64,000 nucleotides of DNA from Dehalococcoidia bacterium (lineage in GTDB: Bacteria; Chloroflexota; Dehalococcoidia; UBA2979): the NCBI GenBank assembly GCA_041390685.1, contig JAWKPL010000001.1:2081581-2145580 (forward strand), read 5' to 3'. Position numbers and translations under genes: made by a program. The notes beneath the pieces were generated by a model, which did no database searches, had not been told where the DNA came from, and worked only from the letters and a program-made list of their open reading frames with translations. This document shows, in pieces, positions 1 through 9,337 of the stretch (its first letter is position 1; the number at the start of each line of letters is the position of its first letter).

Positions 1-426
1 CTCCGCATCCCCGGCGAGGATCGCGGCCGCCACCGGCGACGCCCCGCGGTACCTTGGCAGCAGGGATGCATGGACGTTCAACACCCCATGCGGGAACGCC
101 TCCAGGAGGTGCGAAGGCAGGATGTGCCCCGACGCGGCCAGCACCCCCACGTCCGGCTTGAGGCCCACGAGGCGCGCGGTCGTATCCCGCCGGATGCGCT
201 CGGGGGTCAGTGCCTCGATGCCGAATTCTCGTGCCACGGCAGAGACCGCGGTGGGGACGGCCGCGCCGGAGCGCCCGCGCGGGCGGTCCGGCTGACTCAC
301 GACGCCGACGAGCTCAATACCCGGGTCGTTCAGCAGCAGCCGCAGCGTCGGGAGCGCGTACTCGGGCGAGCCGAAGAACACAACGCGCAGACGGCGGCCG
401 GTGATGGGCGGTCCACTGGTCAGCAC
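1..426 (-). CDS. fmt: Methionyl-tRNA formyltransferase, N-terminal part (runs off the left edge)
   Basis: Not in the ORF track. My reverse-strand translation from GTG at 426-424 gives VLTSGPPITGRRLRVVFFGSPEYALPTLRLLLNDPGIELVGVVSQPDRPRGRSGAAVPTAVSAVAREFGIEALTPERIRRDTTARLVGLKPDVGVLAASGHILPSHLLEAFPHGVLNVHASLLPRYRGASPVAAAILAGDAE, a classic Fmt N-domain. It starts 13 nt after the secG stop. Confidence 0.85.
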   Translation of the reverse strand, partial: MLTSGPPITGRRLRVVFFGSPEYALPTLRLLLNDPGIELVGVVSQPDRPRGRSGAAVPTAVSAVAREFGIEALTPERIRRDTTARLVGLKPDVGVLAASGHILPSHLLEAFPHGVLNVHASLLPRYRGASPVAAAILAGDAE

Positions 427-439
427 GATGTCCGCCGAG

Positions 440-664
440 CTACGACGCCGCGACGCTCCACGCGGAGAACAGGAGGAACACCGCCACGAGTACGATGGTC
501 ATCCGGTGCAGCGTGCGCTGCATCCCCCGGCGCGTCCGGAACGTCGAGTCCTGGCCGCCGAGGGCCGCCCCGAAGCCCGTGCCCTTCACCTGGAGAAGCA
601 CCAGCACGATCAGGACGGTCGAAACGAGGATTTGAGCGAGGCTGAGGAAGTCCCTGAGTTCCAT
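440..664 (-). CDS. secG: Preprotein translocase subunit SecG
   Basis: 74 aa with two hydrophobic helices flanking a Gly-rich loop (LLQVKGTGFGAALGGQDSTFRTRRG), the typical SecG pattern. Confidence 0.8.
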   Translation of the reverse strand: MELRDFLSLAQILVSTVLIVLVLLQVKGTGFGAALGGQDSTFRTRRGMQRTLHRMTIVLVAVFLLFSAWSVAAS

Positions 665-704
665 AGGTCACCAAGGCTATGCGGCCCCGCTCTCGCGGGC
701 AAGC

Positions 705-2036
705 TCACGACCGGATCGAGGCGGTCGTCACCACCTCGGTGCCGGCCTGCACCCTCAGGTCGCGCTCGTAGTACTGGCGCATCACGGCCGCCGCCAGCTG
801 CTCCGGGTCGTGCCGGTAGCGATACTCCGGCGCCACGAGGTCGGCCAGCACCAGCCGCGCACCCGCGTAGTCGGCATCCCCCGGCGCCGCGACCGGCATG
901 GAGTGCCACGCGTCCGGCAGCGGCTCCGACGGCAGGTTGCTGTTCGCGAGGATGACGTCCGCCACGCGGTCCGACTTCAGGTGCCGGCGGATCGCGGCAT
1001 AGTGGTCGGCCGCCGTGTAGCCGTCTGTTTCCCCTTGTTGCGTGGCCACGTTCGGGATGTAGACCTTGTGCGCCCGCGAGGCGAGCAGGGCCTCGCCGAG
1101 ACCGCGCACGAGCAGGTTCGGCAGCACGGAGGTGTACAGCGAACCCGGCCCAATCACGATCAGGTCCGCCTCGAGCAGGGCGCGCACGACTTCAGGGTTG
1201 ACCGGCGCCGACGCCGGCTCGATGAACACGCTCGTTACCGGCGCCGCGGCGTGCGGGATGTTCGACTCCCCGCGCACCACCGTCCCGTCCGCCAGCGCGG
1301 CCGACAGCGTAACGTCCGCGAGCGTCGAGGGCAGGATCTGCCCCCGCACCGCGAGCACCCGCGAGGTCTCCCGGATGGCGACCTCCATGTTTCCGGTTAC
1401 CTCGGACATCGCCACGATGAACAGGTTGCCGAAGGAGTGTCCCCCGATCCCCTGGCCGGCGGCCTCGTCGAAGCGGTACTGGAACAGCTTCGTCACCAGC
1501 GGCTCCGCGTCCGCGAGCGCCGCGATGCAGTTCCGGATGTCGCCGGGTGGGATCACCCGCATGTCGCGGCGCAGCAGGCCGCTCGACCCACCGTCGTCCG
1601 CCACCGTGACGACCGCCGTGAGATTGCTGGTGTACCGCTTGAGCCCGCGCAGCATCGTCGAGAGCCCGGTGCCGCCGCCGATCGCGACGATCTTCGGCCC
1701 GCGGCCCTGCATCCGCTGCGCATAGATCTGGTCGAAGATCTGCGCTTGCCGCTCGACGGGCAGTACCGCCGACACGATCGACTGGTTGAGCCGCCACGCG
1801 GCGTACACCGTGATGCCGGACGCGGTCGTGATGAACAGCAGCCCGCGCAACCATCGAGGAATGAACTGCAGTGTGACCGTGGCCGCCCACTCCGGGAACG
1901 GATAGCTGAGGTAGAACTCGCGCAGCAGGTACGCCACGCCGAGCGCCATGATCACGAAGCCGAACAGCAGCAGCAGCAGCCAGCGTTTGATCTGCAGGCC
2001 GACGTACAGCCACTTGGTGATATTGGAACGACTCAT
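705..2036 (-). CDS. YvcK/CofD-family (UPF0052) gluconeogenesis-factor-like protein with an N-terminal 2-TM extension
   Basis: Contains KIVAIGGGTGLSTMLRGLK, VVTVADDGGSSG and PPGDIRNCIAAL, the hallmark YvcK/CofD motifs. The N-terminus is hydrophobic. Confidence 0.8.
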   Translation of the reverse strand: MSRSNITKWLYVGLQIKRWLLLLLFGFVIMALGVAYLLREFYLSYPFPEWAATVTLQFIPRWLRGLLFITTASGITVYAAWRLNQSIVSAVLPVERQAQIFDQIYAQRMQGRGPKIVAIGGGTGLSTMLRGLKRYTSNLTAVVTVADDGGSSGLLRRDMRVIPPGDIRNCIAALADAEPLVTKLFQYRFDEAAGQGIGGHSFGNLFIVAMSEVTGNMEVAIRETSRVLAVRGQILPSTLADVTLSAALADGTVVRGESNIPHAAAPVTSVFIEPASAPVNPEVVRALLEADLIVIGPGSLYTSVLPNLLVRGLGEALLASRAHKVYIPNVATQQGETDGYTAADHYAAIRRHLKSDRVADVILANSNLPSEPLPDAWHSMPVAAPGDADYAGARLVLADLVAPEYRYRHDPEQLAAAVMRQYYERDLRVQAGTEVVTTASIRS

Positions 2037-2123
2037 GGACAGCCCTGACCGCTGCCCCGCCGCATACCGGTATACGTGCCGTGCTCCGGGCCAGTCAACC
2101 TGCGCACCCTCGCGTAATAGCCC

Positions 2124-3614
2124 TTAGCGCCCTTCGAGGTGGCGGCGCAGCACCTCTGCGGCGCCGTTGGCGTCCGCGCGTCCGCGCGTTTGTCGCATGA
2201 CCTGACCCACAAGGAACTGCAGCGCGGCGGCCTTCCCGGCGGCGTAGTCCGCCACCGGCTTCGGGTTTGCCTCGATGACCTCGCGTGCAATGCGGTCGAT
2301 CTCACCTTCGTCGCGCACCTGCGCGAGCCCGCGTTCCTCGACGATCGCCGAGGGCCGTTCGCCGCTCGCGAACGCGATCTCCAGCACTTCCTTCGCGCTC
2401 GTCAGGGTAATCGTGCCAGCCTCTACAAGTGTCACCAGTTCGGCAATGTGCGCCGGCGTCAGCAGCGTCGAGGTCAACTCGACGTCCCCGCCCTCCTGGT
2501 GCAGTAGCCGCGCCAGTTCGCCGATGAACCAGTGGGCCACGGCGCGCGCCCGACCCTGCTCGATCCCGTCCGGGCACGCCAGGCGGACCGCCTCCTCGTA
2601 GGCCTCAGCCTCCGTCTTCGAGTCCGTGACCAGCGTCGCTTCTGACCGCGTCAGGCCGTACTGGGCCTCGAACCGCTGCCGGCGCACGTTCGGCAGCTCC
2701 GGCAGGCGCCGCTGCAGCGCTTCTACCTCGGACGGCGGGATGTCCAGGGGCGGCAGGTCCGGCTCTGGGAAGTACCGGTAGTCGTGCGCCTCTTCCTTCG
2801 ACCGCTGCGAGACCGTCGTCCCCGTCGCGTCGATGAAGCCACGCGTCTCCTGCACCACCACGCCCCCCGAGTTGAGGACGGCCGTCTGTCGCTCCACCTC
2901 GGACTCGATGGCGCGCATGACCGCGCGGAACGAGTTCATGTTCTTGACTTCGACCTTCGCCCCGAGGCTCTCCGAGCCGCGCGGCCGGATCGAGACGTTC
3001 GCGTCGCAGCGGAAGGACCCTTTCTCCATGTCTGCGTCGGACACTTCGAGGTACCGCAGCGTCTGACGCAGCTTGCGCAGGAACGCGCCGGCCTGCGCCG
3101 CCGAGCGGATGTCGGGCTTCGTCACGATCTCCATCAACGGCACGCCGGAACGGTTGACGTCGAGCAGCGAGTACCCCTCACCCGACGCTTCCTCGCGGTG
3201 CAGCAGCCGCGCCGTGTCCTCCTCGAGGTGGATCCGCTCGAGGCGGACATGATGCGGCACGCCGTCGACCTCGATGTCCAGGCCGCCGCCGAGGCACAGC
3301 GGCTCGTCGTACTGCGAGATCTGGTACCCCTTCATCAGGTCCGGGTACGGGTAGTTCTTGCGGTCGAACTTCGAGTGCTGCGGGATCGCACACCCCAGTG
3401 CCAGGCCCGTCAGCAGCGTGTACTCCACCGCCGAACGGTTGATCACCGGCAGCATCCCCGGCATGCCGAGGCACACGGGACATACCCGCGTGTTCGCTTC
3501 CGCCTCAAAGTAGTCGGCGGCGCAGCCGCAGAACATCTTCGAGTGCGTCTTGAGCTGGACGTGCACCTCGAGGCCGACGACGACCTCGTACTCGGTTGAT
3601 ACTGCGGTGGTCAT
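2124..3614 (-). CDS. gatB: Asp-tRNA(Asn)/Glu-tRNA(Gln) amidotransferase subunit B
   Basis: 496 aa. YEVVVGLEVHVQLKTHSKMFCGC, PGMLPVINR and a YqeY-like C-terminus give full-length GatB resemblance. Confidence 0.95.
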   Translation of the reverse strand: MTTAVSTEYEVVVGLEVHVQLKTHSKMFCGCAADYFEAEANTRVCPVCLGMPGMLPVINRSAVEYTLLTGLALGCAIPQHSKFDRKNYPYPDLMKGYQISQYDEPLCLGGGLDIEVDGVPHHVRLERIHLEEDTARLLHREEASGEGYSLLDVNRSGVPLMEIVTKPDIRSAAQAGAFLRKLRQTLRYLEVSDADMEKGSFRCDANVSIRPRGSESLGAKVEVKNMNSFRAVMRAIESEVERQTAVLNSGGVVVQETRGFIDATGTTVSQRSKEEAHDYRYFPEPDLPPLDIPPSEVEALQRRLPELPNVRRQRFEAQYGLTRSEATLVTDSKTEAEAYEEAVRLACPDGIEQGRARAVAHWFIGELARLLHQEGGDVELTSTLLTPAHIAELVTLVEAGTITLTSAKEVLEIAFASGERPSAIVEERGLAQVRDEGEIDRIAREVIEANPKPVADYAAGKAAALQFLVGQVMRQTRGRADANGAAEVLRRHLEGR

Positions 3615-3755
3615 GGCGTCCCTGTCCGTTGCTGCAGGTCGATTGTAGCAGCGGACAGGGGGCGGCCCGGCGGGGTGGGCGCCGGGCCGCAGGGCCGAGG
3701 GCGGACCTGCGTTCCGCAGATCACCCGCCCGCCGGCCGCGGAACGCGAAGCCGCT

Positions 3756-3929
3756 CTACGCCGATGTCTTCGCGGCCGCCTCGTCGATGTACTTCTGCGG
3801 ATTGCCGATGAAGCGGCTCCGCGCTCCGATGTCGTAGAAGTAGTACCAGCTGCCTTCGTGCATCCACTTGAAGCCGGTCTTCTCGTCGTCGAACTCCTGA
3901 CCCGTCACGAAGCACGTGCGCATCGTCAT
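3756..3929 (-). CDS. YHS-domain mini-protein (57 aa)
   Basis: Below the ORF-track size cut-off. My translation is MTMRTCFVTGQEFDDEKTGFKWMHEGSWYYFYDIGARSRFIGNPQKYIDEAAAKTSA. A GGAGG lies 7 nt upstream of the ATG. The YYF...F..NP.KY pattern is typical of YHS/TRASH domains. Confidence 0.6.
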   Translation of the reverse strand: MTMRTCFVTGQEFDDEKTGFKWMHEGSWYYFYDIGARSRFIGNPQKYIDEAAAKTSA

Positions 3930-4097
3930 GATGACTGCCTCCTGTGTCCTCTCTCCGGCGGCTCCTCTGCAGGCCGACCATGCGACCTCTCCGTCGCATT
4001 ATATTCGCGATTGCAACGTTCGTTATCGTACTGCGAGGCGGTCGCGCCGCGTGATGCGCCTGCTCACAACTCGCCGAGGCGCTAGAGTTGTCCCACC

Positions 4098-6524
4098 ATG
4101 CTCGTCTCCTTGAAGTGGCTCCGCGACTACGTCGACGTGCCCGTGGACATCGATGTCGACGACCTCGCGACACGCCTCACCATGGCCTCCTCCGAGGTCG
4201 AAGGCGTCCATCGCGTTGGCGACTGGGACCGCGCGCTCGTCACGGTGGGCAGCGTGCTCGCCGTCGACCCGCACCCGCAGGCCGACCGCCTCCGCTTGGC
4301 CACCGTGGACTTCGGCGGCGACGCACCGCAGCAAGTGGTGTGCGGCGCCCCCAACCTCGCCGTTGGTCAGCGCGTCGGCTTCGCGCGCGAGGGCGCGCGG
4401 CTGTTCGATGGGCACTCGGGCGAGCCCTCCGTGCTCAAGCGCTCGAAGATCCGCGGCGTCGAATCTGCTGGCATGGTGCTCTCCGAGCGCGAGCTCGGCC
4501 TGTCCGAGGCGCACGAAGGCATCATCGAGTTGCCCCTCGACGCTCCCATCGGAACGCCGCTCGCCGACTACCTCGGCGACGTGGTCCTCGACGTCCACAC
4601 ATGGCCGAATCGCGCCGATACGATGTCCATGCTAGGCATTGCCCGCGAAGTGGCCGCCATCCTCGGCACGCAGTGGCGGGCTCCGGACGACCCGTATCCC
4701 GAGGCCGGCCCGGCCGCCTCCGATGCCGTGTCCGTGCGTATCGAGGACGCCGACCTCTGCGCCCGTTACATCGCCACCGTCGTCGACGGCGTCACCGTCG
4801 GACCGTCGCCGGCGTGGATGCAGGAGCGGCTGCGCGCCGCGGGGCAGCGCCCCATCAACAACGTCGTCGACATAACTAACTACGTCATGCTCGAGCTGGG
4901 GCAGCCGCTGCACGCCTTCGACCTCGCGAAGGTCCGAGGCACGGTGGCGGTCCGTTCCGCGCACGAGGGTGAGCGCCTCACGACGCTCGACGGCGAGGAC
5001 CGCGAGCTGACCACGGCGACGCTCCTGATCACGGATGACAGCGGGCCGATCGCGCTCGCGGGCGTGATGGGCGGGCTGGACACCGAGGTGACGGACGCCA
5101 CGACCTCAGTCCTCCTTGAGGCGGCTCGCTTCGATCCGGCAAGTATTCGCCGTACCTCGACGCGTCTGCACCTCCGCAGCGAAGCCTCATCGAGGTTCGA
5201 GCGTGGCCTCTCAGCCGAACTTGCGGGCCATGCCTCGCGCCGCGCAACCAGGCTCCTCGTTGAGCTGTGCGGCGGGGCAGCGCGGCAGGGTACGGTCGAA
5301 GTCTACCCGCGACCGCATGCCTCGCCGGCCGTCACACTCACCCGCGCCCGCCTCAACACGCTGCTCGGTTTCGTCGTCCCCACCGAAGAGGTCGAGGCGA
5401 TCCTCGGCGCGCTCGGCTTCGACGTCCGCGCCACCGGCGATGCCTTCGAGGTACGCCCCCCCTGGTGGCGCAGTGACGTCTCGATCCCCGATGACGTCGC
5501 CGAGGAGGTGCTCCGCATCGCCGGCTACGACCGCCTGCCCGCCACGATGCCTGCCGGGCAGGTGCCTCACCACGAGGCCCAGCCTGCCATCGAGCTGCGG
5601 GACCGCCTGGCCGATTCCTTCGTGGCCGCCGGCGCGCACGAGGTGATTACGTACTCGCTGACCACCGACGAAGTGCTCGCCCGCGTCATGCCACGCGGGG
5701 CACTCGAGGCACAGCCGCCTCTCAAGCTGCTGAACACGCTGTCCTCGGAGCACGAGTCGCTGCGCCCCACGTTGCGCCACTCGATTCTTGACACCGTCGC
5801 CCGCAACATCCGCGCCGGCGCCAGCCGCATCGTCGTGTTCGAGACCGGCCGCGCCTACCTCCCCCGCTACGAGGAAGGTGCGGGCGGACCGCTTCCCGAC
5901 GAGCGCGAGCACCTGACGGGTGCCGTCACGGGCTTCGAGGTGGACCGCTGGGGCTCCTCCGCTGGCCGCCGCTTCGACTTCTTTGACGCGAAGGGCATCC
6001 TCGACGCCGCGCTCGGCGGCATCGGTGTCTCGCTCGCCTACGCACCGGCCGACGAGGAGTTCGGCTTCCTGCCCGGGCGGACGGCCACCCTGTCCGTCGC
6101 CGGGCAGCCCATCGGGATCCTCGGCGAGGTGCACCCGCGTACGCTGGAGGCGTTCGACATCGAGCAGCCGGTCCTGGTCTTCGAGCTCGACCTCACCCTG
6201 CTGCAGCCGCTGGTTTCCGATCGTCTCAGGGCGGTGTCACCGCCGCGCTTCCCCGCCGTCGAGCAGGACCTGGCGCTCGTGATCGACGACACGGTCCCTG
6301 CTGGTCGCCTCCAGGCCACGATCGAGTCCTCGCGTTTGGTCGCGAGCGCCCGCGTGTTCGACGTCTATCGAGGCGAGCAGTTGCCGCCGGGGAAGAAGTC
6401 CGTCGCCTTCTCCATCCGCTACCAGGCTGCCGACCGCACCCTGACCACGGACGACGCCAACCGGGAGCAGGCGCGCCTCCTCGCTCGCCTCGAGCGCGAG
6501 TTCGGCGCCGCCGCGCGCGGCTAG
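4098..6524 (+). CDS. pheT: Phenylalanine-tRNA ligase beta subunit
   Basis: 808 aa. The N-terminus MLVSLKWLRDYVDV, a tRNA-binding domain, B3/4 and B5 regions and a FDX-ACB-like C-terminus (FDVYRGEQLPPGKKS) are present. Confidence 0.95.
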   Translation: MLVSLKWLRDYVDVPVDIDVDDLATRLTMASSEVEGVHRVGDWDRALVTVGSVLAVDPHPQADRLRLATVDFGGDAPQQVVCGAPNLAVGQRVGFAREGARLFDGHSGEPSVLKRSKIRGVESAGMVLSERELGLSEAHEGIIELPLDAPIGTPLADYLGDVVLDVHTWPNRADTMSMLGIAREVAAILGTQWRAPDDPYPEAGPAASDAVSVRIEDADLCARYIATVVDGVTVGPSPAWMQERLRAAGQRPINNVVDITNYVMLELGQPLHAFDLAKVRGTVAVRSAHEGERLTTLDGEDRELTTATLLITDDSGPIALAGVMGGLDTEVTDATTSVLLEAARFDPASIRRTSTRLHLRSEASSRFERGLSAELAGHASRRATRLLVELCGGAARQGTVEVYPRPHASPAVTLTRARLNTLLGFVVPTEEVEAILGALGFDVRATGDAFEVRPPWWRSDVSIPDDVAEEVLRIAGYDRLPATMPAGQVPHHEAQPAIELRDRLADSFVAAGAHEVITYSLTTDEVLARVMPRGALEAQPPLKLLNTLSSEHESLRPTLRHSILDTVARNIRAGASRIVVFETGRAYLPRYEEGAGGPLPDEREHLTGAVTGFEVDRWGSSAGRRFDFFDAKGILDAALGGIGVSLAYAPADEEFGFLPGRTATLSVAGQPIGILGEVHPRTLEAFDIEQPVLVFELDLTLLQPLVSDRLRAVSPPRFPAVEQDLALVIDDTVPAGRLQATIESSRLVASARVFDVYRGEQLPPGKKSVAFSIRYQAADRTLTTDDANREQARLLARLEREFGAAARG

Positions 6525-6539
6525 GCCTCCGAGGTCGCC

Positions 6540-7430
6540 ATGCCCTTCGAGGACGGCCGCGCGCCTCTGCTGATCGTGGACGGCGACAACCTCGCGCACC
6601 GCGCGTATCACTCCACGCCGAAGTCGGTGACCGCCGAAGACGGCCGCCCGATCAACGCCATCGTTGGCTTCGTGAACATGCTCGTCGCCGTCTGGCGCGC
6701 CGAGCAGCCACGGGCCATCTTCGTCGCCTGGGACACCCTCGGCGTCCCGACCTACCGCCACGAGCTGTGGCCGCCCTACCAGGGCGGGCGCGAGTTCGAC
6801 GACGCGATCGTCCAGCAACTCGGCCGCCTGCCCGCCGTCTGCGCGGCGCTGGGCTTCGGTGTCGGCAAGGCCGAGGGCTACGAGGCGGATGACCTCATGG
6901 CCGCCGCCGCCAGCACCGAGGTCTCCGCAGGCGGACGCTGCCTCCTCCTCACTTCGGACCGCGACTCGTACCAGCTGGTCTCCGAGGCGGTGACGGTGCT
7001 CTCGCCGGCGCGCGGGACCCGCGAGCTGGCGCGCATCGGGCCCGCCGAGGTGGTGGCGTACTTTGGCGTCCTGCCCGAACAGGTCCCGGACTTCAAGGCG
7101 CTCAGCGGCGACGCCTCAGACAAGATCCCCGGCGCGCGCGGCGTCGGCCCGAAGTCCGCGGCGGCCCTGCTGCTGCGCCACGGCACCCTCGACGGTGTCC
7201 TCGAGACCTGGGCGCGGCCCGCCGAGGTCGAACTCCTCTTGAAGTTCCGCGAGGTCGTCCGCCTCCGCCCGGAGGTCCCGCTCGAATTGCCGGCGTCGGG
7301 GCCGCCCGCCTGGGAGCGCGGCGCCGAGGCCCTGCGGGCGCTCGGGGCGGAGCGCTCCGCCGAGCGCCTGCTCACGCTGCGCGACGAGCTGGCTGCCGCC
7401 GAGCGTTCGCCGCGTCTCGGCGACTTGTAG
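6540..7430 (+). CDS. Stand-alone 5'-3' exonuclease / flap endonuclease (PolI N-domain-like)
   Basis: LLIVDGDNLAHRAYHS, EADDLMA and LSGDASDKIPGARGVGPKSAAALL (H3TH motif). Confidence 0.85.
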   Translation: MPFEDGRAPLLIVDGDNLAHRAYHSTPKSVTAEDGRPINAIVGFVNMLVAVWRAEQPRAIFVAWDTLGVPTYRHELWPPYQGGREFDDAIVQQLGRLPAVCAALGFGVGKAEGYEADDLMAAAASTEVSAGGRCLLLTSDRDSYQLVSEAVTVLSPARGTRELARIGPAEVVAYFGVLPEQVPDFKALSGDASDKIPGARGVGPKSAAALLLRHGTLDGVLETWARPAEVELLLKFREVVRLRPEVPLELPASGPPAWERGAEALRALGAERSAERLLTLRDELAAAERSPRLGDL

Positions 7431-7464
7431 CTGCCTGTGGCTGGTCTGCCCGCGCCGAAGAACG

Positions 7465-7486
7465 GAGGCGGCCCTGCGGCCGCCTC
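7465..7486. terminator. Bidirectional hairpin between the convergent exonuclease gene and rplT
   Basis: GAGGCGGCC-CTGC-GGCCGCCTC forms a 9-bp GC stem with a 4-nt loop. It is followed by TGTTGTG on the + strand and GTTCTTCGG on the - strand. Confidence 0.55.
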
Positions 7487-7514
7487 TGTTGTGAACTCGT
7501 CCTGGGGGCAACAG

Positions 7515-7871
7515 CTACCCGAGGGCCGCCTTCGCCTGCTCCGCGACGCGGCCGAACGCCGCCGGCTCGCGCACCGCCAGGTCGGCGAGGGTCTTGCGGT
7601 CGAGCTCGATGCCCGCCTTCTTGAGGCCGTTCATGAGCCGCCCGTACGTGAGGTCGTGCAGACGGGCCGCCGCATTGATGCGCACGATCCACAGGCGGCG
7701 GAAGTCGCCCTTCTTGTCGCGCCGGTGTTCCGTCGCGTAGCGGAGCGCGTGCATGACCGACTCATGCGCGACCTTGTAGTTCGTCCGCCGCTTCCCTCGA
7801 TGACCCTTCGCGAGGTCGAGGATCTTCTTGTGGCGCGCGTGCGCGGCAACGCGGCTCCGGACTCGGGCCAT
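7515..7871 (-). CDS. rplT: 50S ribosomal protein L20
   Basis: [29 protein letters not shown]..., full-length L20. Confidence 0.97.
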   Translation of the reverse strand: MARVRSRVAAHARHKKILDLAKGHRGKRRTNYKVAHESVMHALRYATEHRRDKKGDFRRLWIVRINAAARLHDLTYGRLMNGLKKAGIELDRKTLADLAVREPAAFGRVAEQAKAALG

Positions 7872-7891
7872 GGTTCGTGCTCCCTGACTGG

Positions 7892-8098
7892 CTAGCTAAT
7901 CGGCGCGTACGGCAGTAGCCGCCGCAGTCGCTTCTCGTGCGTGCTGTGGATCGGCTCCATGCCGCGCATTGCGTACAGCTTCTCGCGGGTCTTCTTCATC
8001 CGCTTGTTGTTGCGGTGGTGCGACATCATCAGCACGCGGCCGGTGCCCGTGATCTTCACGCGCTTCGCCGTGCCCTTGTGCGTCTTCATCTTCGGCAT
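7892..8098 (-). CDS. rpmI: 50S ribosomal protein L35
   Basis: [22 protein letters not shown]..., full-length L35. Confidence 0.95.
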   Translation of the reverse strand: MPKMKTHKGTAKRVKITGTGRVLMMSHHRNNKRMKKTREKLYAMRGMEPIHSTHEKRLRRLLPYAPIS

Positions 8099-8101
8099 CG
8101 C

Positions 8102-8698
<597 letters not shown>

Positions 8699-8749
8699 AG
8701 ACGTAAGCCTCCATGACAAAGGGACGCCGACCGGCGTCGCCAGACGACG

Positions 8750-8779
8750 ATTCTAGCATCGCCCGATCTGCGCTCACAA
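8750..8779 (-). promoter_or_regulatory. Sigma-70-like promoter of infC-rpmI-rplT
   Basis: On the minus strand: TTGTGA (8779-8774), an 18-nt spacer, then TAGAAT (8755-8750). It lies in the 90-nt gap between the BCCP-like gene and infC. Confidence 0.5.
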
Positions 8780-8809
8780 CGAGCACATGACCCGGCGATC
8801 AAGCTCGCG

Positions 8810-9337
8810 TTACGAATCAGCCTCGATGCCGTCAGCCTCGTACTCGAGGACCAGCGCGCCCTGCTCCACCCGGCCGCCCTTCTCACAGTGGACGGCTTTG
8901 ACGACACCATCGTGGGCGGCCTGGATCTCGTTCTGCATCTTCATCGCTTCGATCACGAGCAGCGTCTGCCCGGCGGTGATCCGATCTCCGGCCGCCACAT
9001 GGACGTCGACCACCACGCCGGCCAGCGGCGCCGTTACTTCGCCCATACGGTCCTTCGCGCCCATAGCGCCGCGCTGGCGCCCGCCGCCCGTCGCCGGGCC
9101 CACGAGGAAGCGGCGACCGTCCACCGTGACCTCGAACCCCTGCCCGCGCCGCGTCACGTACGCCTGTACGGGCCGCCCGCCGATGACAAGCGAGAACGTC
9201 CCGGGAACCCCGGAAGTGGTGACGTCGACCGCGAGGGCCTCCCCGTCACCAACGGTGACGCTAACCTGGTCGCCCGCCTCGTCGACGACGACCGTGTGCT
9301 CCGCGCCGTCTAGGAGGAGCCGGTGCCGCGTCGCCAT
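8810..9337 (-). CDS. Biotin carboxyl carrier (biotinyl/lipoyl-domain) protein with a beta-rich N-terminal extension
   Basis: The C-terminal domain has the EAMKMQNEI biotinylation motif. The ATG is preceded by GGGAGGAGGG, which lies inside the accC 3' end. Confidence 0.85.
   Translation of the reverse strand: MATRHRLLLDGAEHTVVVDEAGDQVSVTVGDGEALAVDVTTSGVPGTFSLVIGGRPVQAYVTRRGQGFEVTVDGRRFLVGPATGGGRQRGAMGAKDRMGEVTAPLAGVVVDVHVAAGDRITAGQTLLVIEAMKMQNEIQAAHDGVVKAVHCEKGGRVEQGALVLEYEADGIEADS

Noticed and set aside
70-955. Plus-strand ORFs 70..645, 210..404 and 401..955.
   Set aside because: They overlap fmt, secG and the yvcK-like gene on the opposite strand. They are Arg/Pro/Gly-rich and show no motifs.
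9310-9337. Possibility that accC and the BCCP-like gene are one gene broken by a frameshift or sequencing error.
   Set aside because: The second gene has its own ATG preceded at the right distance by a very strong GGGAGGAGGG SD. This favours a genuine overlapping two-gene arrangement. Only re-sequencing or comparison with relatives could fully exclude an error.
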